From Entomortierella parvispora E1425 (Eukaryota; Fungi; Mortierellomycota), in the NCBI GenBank assembly GCA_020891255.1, contig BQFW01000009.1:868001-932000 (forward strand): a DNA stretch of 64,000 bases. The letters run 5' to 3'. Shown piece by piece: positions 59,160 through 64,000 of this stretch. Numbering within the stretch: the first letter of the stretch is position 1; every line of letters begins with the position of its first letter. Made by a program: the position numbers and the translations under genes. The notes below the pieces were generated by a model, which did no database searches, had not been told where the DNA came from, and worked only from the letters and a program-made list of their open reading frames with translations.

Positions 59160-61062
59160 CTACTTGATGAGCGTGGCCTCGACCTCTGCGGCGGTGACAT
59201 TGGAGAGGCGGGTAATCAAGGTATCGTAAAAGTCAATGCCCTCCAAAAAGATGTCCTCGTGCATGCGCTCGTCGTGGTCGTGCAACAACAAGGGCGTGTT
59301 CTTCAAGTACGAGACTCCCAAAGCTGGGATTCCGACCTCGCGCAAGAAGCGAGAGTCCGTGGCGGCGGGGAAGATTTCGGTCTCATACTCGACATCCATG
59401 CCCTTGCAGGTCTCGCTAAAGACTGTCCACCAGATGTTGGATTCGTCAATGGCAGTCAATGTGTTGTCGAAATGGCCGTTGACGAACTCCATCTTGACGC
59501 CAGGCTCAGACGTGACAAAGGACTCGATCTTGGCCTGGAACTCCTTCATGTCAAAGAACGGACTGACACGGATATCAAAGCCGCAGGTGGCCTCCATGGG
59601 GATGACGTTGTACTGAATACCACTCTACATTCGACAAAGAGAAAAAAAAAACAGGATTAGGTCCAGATCGCGTCTATTTCTCGATAACCCATTCATTTGC
59701 AACGCTTCTTCTCACCTGCAAGAAGGTCAGGTTGATGGTGGTGACATCGCCCAAGGTGTAGCGCTGCCCGTTGTGGTTCAAACCAATCTCGAGCAACTTC
59801 TCTTGCTCATTACGGAGGGCCATGAACTTCTCAATCACCCTCAACAACTTTGTAGGGGCGGTATCCTTGATGAATTGAGATCCGTGACCGGTAGGGCCGG
59901 TGGCGGTGATCTTGATCCACCAAGGCATACGCTCGCCGTAAAACACCTTGAGCGCAGGCTTGGGCGAAGCAATGCCCTCATCCAAGGCAAACGCCACGTT
60001 GAGCTTCTTGAATGCTTCGTGATGGACGAGCAACTTCATTCCATCTCCGCCTCCGAGCTCCTCGTCTATGAAACGTCGGAAGTAAAAAAGGGGAGGTTTC
60101 CAGAATGAATGTGACATCGCATTGGGCAAACAGGGAACATGGGCCGTCCATGATTGGCGAGCGAACACGAGGATGTAGGATATCCGATAGGGCGTACCAT
60201 GGCGGCATGCATTGCAGAAAAGTAGAGGGAAAGAAAGATCTGCGGGTTAGCTTCCCAAAAGAGGAATAGTTTCTTTTTTTCCCCTTTGTCTGACTGACAA
60301 CTGAAAACGTCTCAAGTCTCTCTCCAGCCAAACTAAAATCGGACCAAAGCCAACATCTGCTGGACACAACATGAAAGAAAACCTCTCGTTATTGAACTTG
60401 CCTGGGACCCATGTGAGATGGATAGTGCGCAGAGGCTTCTTTCCTTCGGCGCGGTAACGGCGAAGGACCTCGAGGTAACTAGCGGCAAGTTCGTTCGGGA
60501 GAAAGTAATGGCGAGCAGGGTGAGTTTTCTTCCCTTGTCGCATGCGATCCAGTTCATTTTCTGCTTTCTTCAGAAAAAACATAGAGATAAATACCTCATG
60601 CCGACACACTTCATGTCCTGAGATCCACGGGCGTAAATGAAGCCGTCGACCTTGTTGGCAGCAAAGGCATCTTGGGTCCACTGGTCCTCAAAGACAGGCA
60701 CGACATCCGTGTGACTGTTGAGAAGGAGCGAGGGCAGACTGGGATCCTGGCCTTCAAAGGTCATGATCACTGTAGGCTTTCCCTCGACGCACTATTCGAG
60801 AGTCATAAAAGAGAAGACAAAGTCAGTGGGTGGGCAGACAGGTTGAATGTAGAGCGAAACAGGAAGGCAAGCACCTGCATTCTGGCAATGAAATGGAGAA
60901 GGTTACCTCGACGGTGCTGTAAGGCATGCCAATCTCCTGAGCCTGGCGGATCAGGAACGCGGTGCTGCCAACATAGTCGGGGTTGGGCTGAACGGTCTTG
61001 ATGCGGAGATACTCGCGGAAGCGGGTGACAGCGGGGTGCTCTGTGGGGTCGTTGTGGGTCAT
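59160..61062 (-). CDS. ACY1: Aminoacylase-1 (M20A peptidase family), multi-exon
   Basis: HPAVTRFREYLRIKTVQPNPDY, LLNSHTDVVP, YARGSQDMK, DEELGG, FALDEG, GHGS and PAATDSRFLRE, LHDHDE are characteristic ACY1 motifs. Confidence 0.92.
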
Positions 61063-61606
61063 TGTTGGTGCAATTGTGAATGAGAAGAGAAGGTTGATGG
61101 AAGAAGAAAAGACGTTCTGAACTGAATAAAAAGAGCGGAAATAAAAGCCCGGGGCGTGGTCGCGCGATGGTGCAATTGGGCCGTGGGAGACTGACTGTTC
61201 GCTGGATTCGATTCGACAGCGCGCCTGCGTTCGTCCGTCCCTGCACTTTCCTGCACCACCCGAGTCATCTTGCACAACCCCAACACGGGCAATAGGTGAA
61301 GAAGGGCCATAGACTAGCGGGGCCATAGACTGTCTGCCAGTGCTCTACTTCACACAGAGGAGAACATCTTTCCCCTTTCCCCCTTGCACCTCCCTTCTCC
61401 TTCATCGCAATCGATGCATCAAGCAGACTCCAGGAGAGGAAATCGGCCTGCAGAGGGATTCAATACCAACTGAGCGCCAGGCGCCAACGGCGCAGGTCAA
61501 AAATAAAAAGACGGCGTGCAGCATCCTTGTTCTTTTCATTTCGCATCATTGTCTGCGGCATCATTTCCATTCGTCTCCATTGACCCGCCTCAGGTTCACA
61601 AAACAG

Positions 61607-62146
61607 ATGCTAACTACAGAGATTCGCCCATTCAACCCCCGGGACCAACAGGCAGTTCGCGACCTGGTCCTGGAGGGCCTAGCGGAGCGTTGGGGTGCAG
61701 AATTCGACACCTCATACAACAAAGACCTAGAGGACATTCAGGCCTACTACATAGAACGCCACCAAGCAACCGTGGTCGTGCTTCTTCAACAACAACAGAA
61801 TCACCCTGAACATCGTCGCATCATTGGCTGCGGTGTCCTGCTCCCCTTGCCTGCAGAGGACATTTACGGCGCCTGGTGTTCTGAGCCTCCATCTTCCTCG
61901 GGCCCAAACGAGACAAAGTCCTGTTGTCGGATGATGAGACTCTCTGTGGCAAAAGACTGCAGAGGTCAGGGTCTCGCCAAGAGGATCATTCGTCATCTTA
62001 TCGAACAAGCAAAAGAGCGGCACTTTGAACGGATCCTGGTCGAGACCCAGACGGCCTGGACAAGCGCTGTGGGGATTTATCGCTCCATGGGATTCCAGGT
62101 CATCGAGGCAGGCGAAGAAAATGTTCACTGCGAGTTGGACATATAG
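61607..62146 (+). CDS. GNAT-family N-acetyltransferase, intronless (179 aa from ATG 61607)
   Basis: IIGCGVL; motif A MRLSVAKDCRGQGLAKRII; ILVET..W.SAVGIYRSMGF. Confidence 0.85.
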   Translation: MLTTEIRPFNPRDQQAVRDLVLEGLAERWGAEFDTSYNKDLEDIQAYYIERHQATVVVLLQQQQNHPEHRRIIGCGVLLPLPAEDIYGAWCSEPPSSSGPNETKSCCRMMRLSVAKDCRGQGLAKRIIRHLIEQAKERHFERILVETQTAWTSAVGIYRSMGFQVIEAGEENVHCELDI

Positions 62147-62472
62147 TCGACGGGAGATGATTGGCTAATGGACACTCTCTATTCCGTTGTCCATGTCCTT
62201 GTCCTTGTCCTTGTGCTTGTTGGTTGCCTTGTCCCGTTTGCTCACTTGTGCTTCACCATCCGCTTTGTGTGCCCACAGCGCAGGTTTTCCCGCAATGCAT
62301 GATGGATTACATACTTGTACCTCAAAGGGTCGCACCACATCTACCAAAAAAAGGGTCTTGCAGCATTTTTTTTTTTTTTTTTTTTTGCTTGTGTATTGAA
62401 ATAAAAAGTGATGAACAAAAAAAAAAGAGAGAAAAGCACTTGCAAAGAAACAGCATCAAGAAAGGGAGAGGA

Positions 62473-63255
62473 TTACAACTTGGCCTGGTGGTTCTTGACA
62501 ATGTCTTGCAAATCGCCGTTGGTGTACCAAGCGACCGTCGTCTTTGACTTTGGGTTGACAATGACATGCTTGGGCTTGACACCCTCGACCTCTGGGGTGG
62601 GATTCGTGCCAATCAAGCGCATGGCCTGGGCCACGACCGCGACACTGATGGTCGTTGACCTTTCCGAGATGAACTCCATGACGGGCACCATCTTGTTCGC
62701 GATCCACTCACCCCCTCCGCCGCGTCCACTGCGGGGCTCCACGACCTTCAAGAACGCAGGGTGCAGAATCGTGACCCGCTCGAATCCAATCTCGCTCAGG
62801 GCCTCCTCCGTCTCGCCCTTGGACTTTGGGTACAAAAAGTACGACTTTGAGTTGGCACCGGCCGAGGAGCAATACAGGAAATGGACCTTGGACAGACCCG
62901 TCTCGGGATCCTTGGGCGCGTGCTCATGAATGAACCGTGCCGAGCTGACAACGTATTCCTGATCAATCTTCTTGAACGCGGCCGCGGACCCGGCCGCGGC
63001 ACGGGTGGTGGCGAGGGAGCAAAAGACCACCTGGGGAAGATCTGAGGCGGGGAAGGTCGAGTTGATATTGTCGAAATCGACCGTCTTTTGTTCCAGCACG
63101 GAGGTGTTGGTGAACGAGTCGTCCAAGGGCACGGGACGACGACCGAGGGCGAGGACGCGGTTGAAGGCGTTGGAGGCGAGGGTGTCACGAACGACGCACT
63201 TTCCGACGGCACCAGTGCCACCCAGAATCAAACACGAAGCTGTTGGAATAGACAT
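62473..63255 (-). CDS. HTATIP2: TIP30/CC3 (HTATIP2) / Fmp52-like NAD(P)-binding atypical SDR
   Basis: LILGGTGAVG Rossmann motif, LGRR, VVFCSLATTRAAAGS, FKKIDQEYV, SSAGANSKS.FLYPKSKGETE and ILHPAFL. Confidence 0.85.
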   Translation of the reverse strand: MSIPTASCLILGGTGAVGKCVVRDTLASNAFNRVLALGRRPVPLDDSFTNTSVLEQKTVDFDNINSTFPASDLPQVVFCSLATTRAAAGSAAAFKKIDQEYVVSSARFIHEHAPKDPETGLSKVHFLYCSSAGANSKSYFLYPKSKGETEEALSEIGFERVTILHPAFLKVVEPRSGRGGGGEWIANKMVPVMEFISERSTTISVAVVAQAMRLIGTNPTPEVEGVKPKHVIVNPKSKTTVAWYTNGDLQDIVKNHQAKL

Positions 63256-63811
63256 ATTACGAGGGTGGGAAATATAAAGAGGCTGGATGGGTGAAGAACG
63301 AAAGAGAAAAAGGGGAATGCAGGAATGGAGGAGACAATGACGGAGATTTGGGAATGAGCAAGAAAAAATCACCCTTTTTGTATCCCAGAATGAGAGTCAA
63401 GAAAGAGCAGGTGGAAAAAAAAAAAAAAAAAAAAAAAAAAGCGATCGGTGCGATCGCCACCAACCAGATTGCAAAGACACACGCAATGATTCGTGTGAGG
63501 GGGGACAGTGCGCGTTCTTTTCAGTCTCCTGTCTTTTTTTGTTTCTAGGCAACTTTTCTCCTTGCCTCTTTCTTGCCTGACTCCATCTTGTTTTTCCTTT
63601 TTGGTCAATGCACCTTCCTTCTCTTTCTCACCTCGGATTTCAACACACAGTTTCAACAGAAAGAAAGAAAATCGTGAATTTATTTTTGAATGAAGATATT
63701 TGACAGATGGAGGGAAAAGTGGCGCCAAAAAAGAAAAGAAGAATTCTTCCTTCTCTTTGTCACCTCAATGGAATGAATTGGAAGCGGAGGGGGGGAAACC
63801 GATCCACTTCT

Positions 63812-64000
63812 TTAGTAGACATAGGGGATGAGCTTGTAGGGGACAACCTTCATGTACTCCTCCCAGAACTTGCCGTACTTGCCCTTGCAGCGAGTGTGGT
63901 CACGCTGGATACGGTGCAACAGCAAGATGGTCATGTAGATGATGTAGAAGTAAGGCAACAAGTGCTGGGTACCGCAGGTCATGCACATGGCCAAGGAGAT
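63812..64000 (-). CDS. DHCR7: 3' end of an ERG4/ERG24-family sterol reductase, most like 7-dehydrocholesterol reductase; truncated by the window edge
   Basis: [42 protein letters not shown]...VPYKLIP carries the LLxHRxxRD family signature. [11 protein letters not shown] resembles the vertebrate DHCR7 C-terminus as recalled. Confidence 0.65.
   Translation of the reverse strand: MSLAMCMTCGTQHLLPYFYIIYMTILLLHRIQRDHTRCKGKYGKFWEEYMKVVPYKLIPYVY

Noticed and set aside
1-64000. tRNA, rRNA, telomeric repeats or canonical LTR/LINE/DDE transposons
   Set aside because: No recognisable signatures by eye; tRNAscan-SE, Infernal and RepeatMasker would be needed to exclude them formally.

Overview
Eukaryotic (fungal) genomic DNA. 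It has spliceosomal introns (GT..AG with CTAAC/CTGAC branch sites), poly-T/poly-A tracts and microsatellites. An F-box/LRR gene style and a DHCR7-like sterol reductase point to Mortierellaceae (inference). Housekeeping or regulatory genes: LaeA-like SAM methyltransferase, DUF1308/C7orf25-like protein, coiled-coil protein, IRC21-like cytochrome b5 protein, WDR89, Gti1/Pac2 (WOPR) factor, CH-kinase-C1 Cdc15/SepH-like kinase, aminoacylase-1, GNAT acetyltransferase, TIP30/Fmp52-like oxidoreductase and the 3' end of a sterol reductase. Accessory material falls in four places. (i) An island at about 7.6-19.2 kb holds two secreted Cys-rich proteins, an F-box pseudogene, a ~4.7 kb hierarchical satellite and an intronless C2H2 gene with satellite-like motifs on both sides. 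(ii) An intronless TRI101-like acetyltransferase lies at 26.5-27.9 kb. (iii) Four head-to-tail, intronless ~800-codon paralogs at 44.0-54.5 kb each end in a domain resembling bacterial HicA-family RNase toxins; two copies are intact, one has two frameshifts and one has a nonsense codon just before the toxin-like domain. This array is the best candidate for an undescribed system. (iv) A head-to-head inverted duplication at 55.1-58.7 kb has ~430 bp near-perfect inner arms and a 36-bp minisatellite expanded in one copy only. All family calls come from motif recognition, not database searches.
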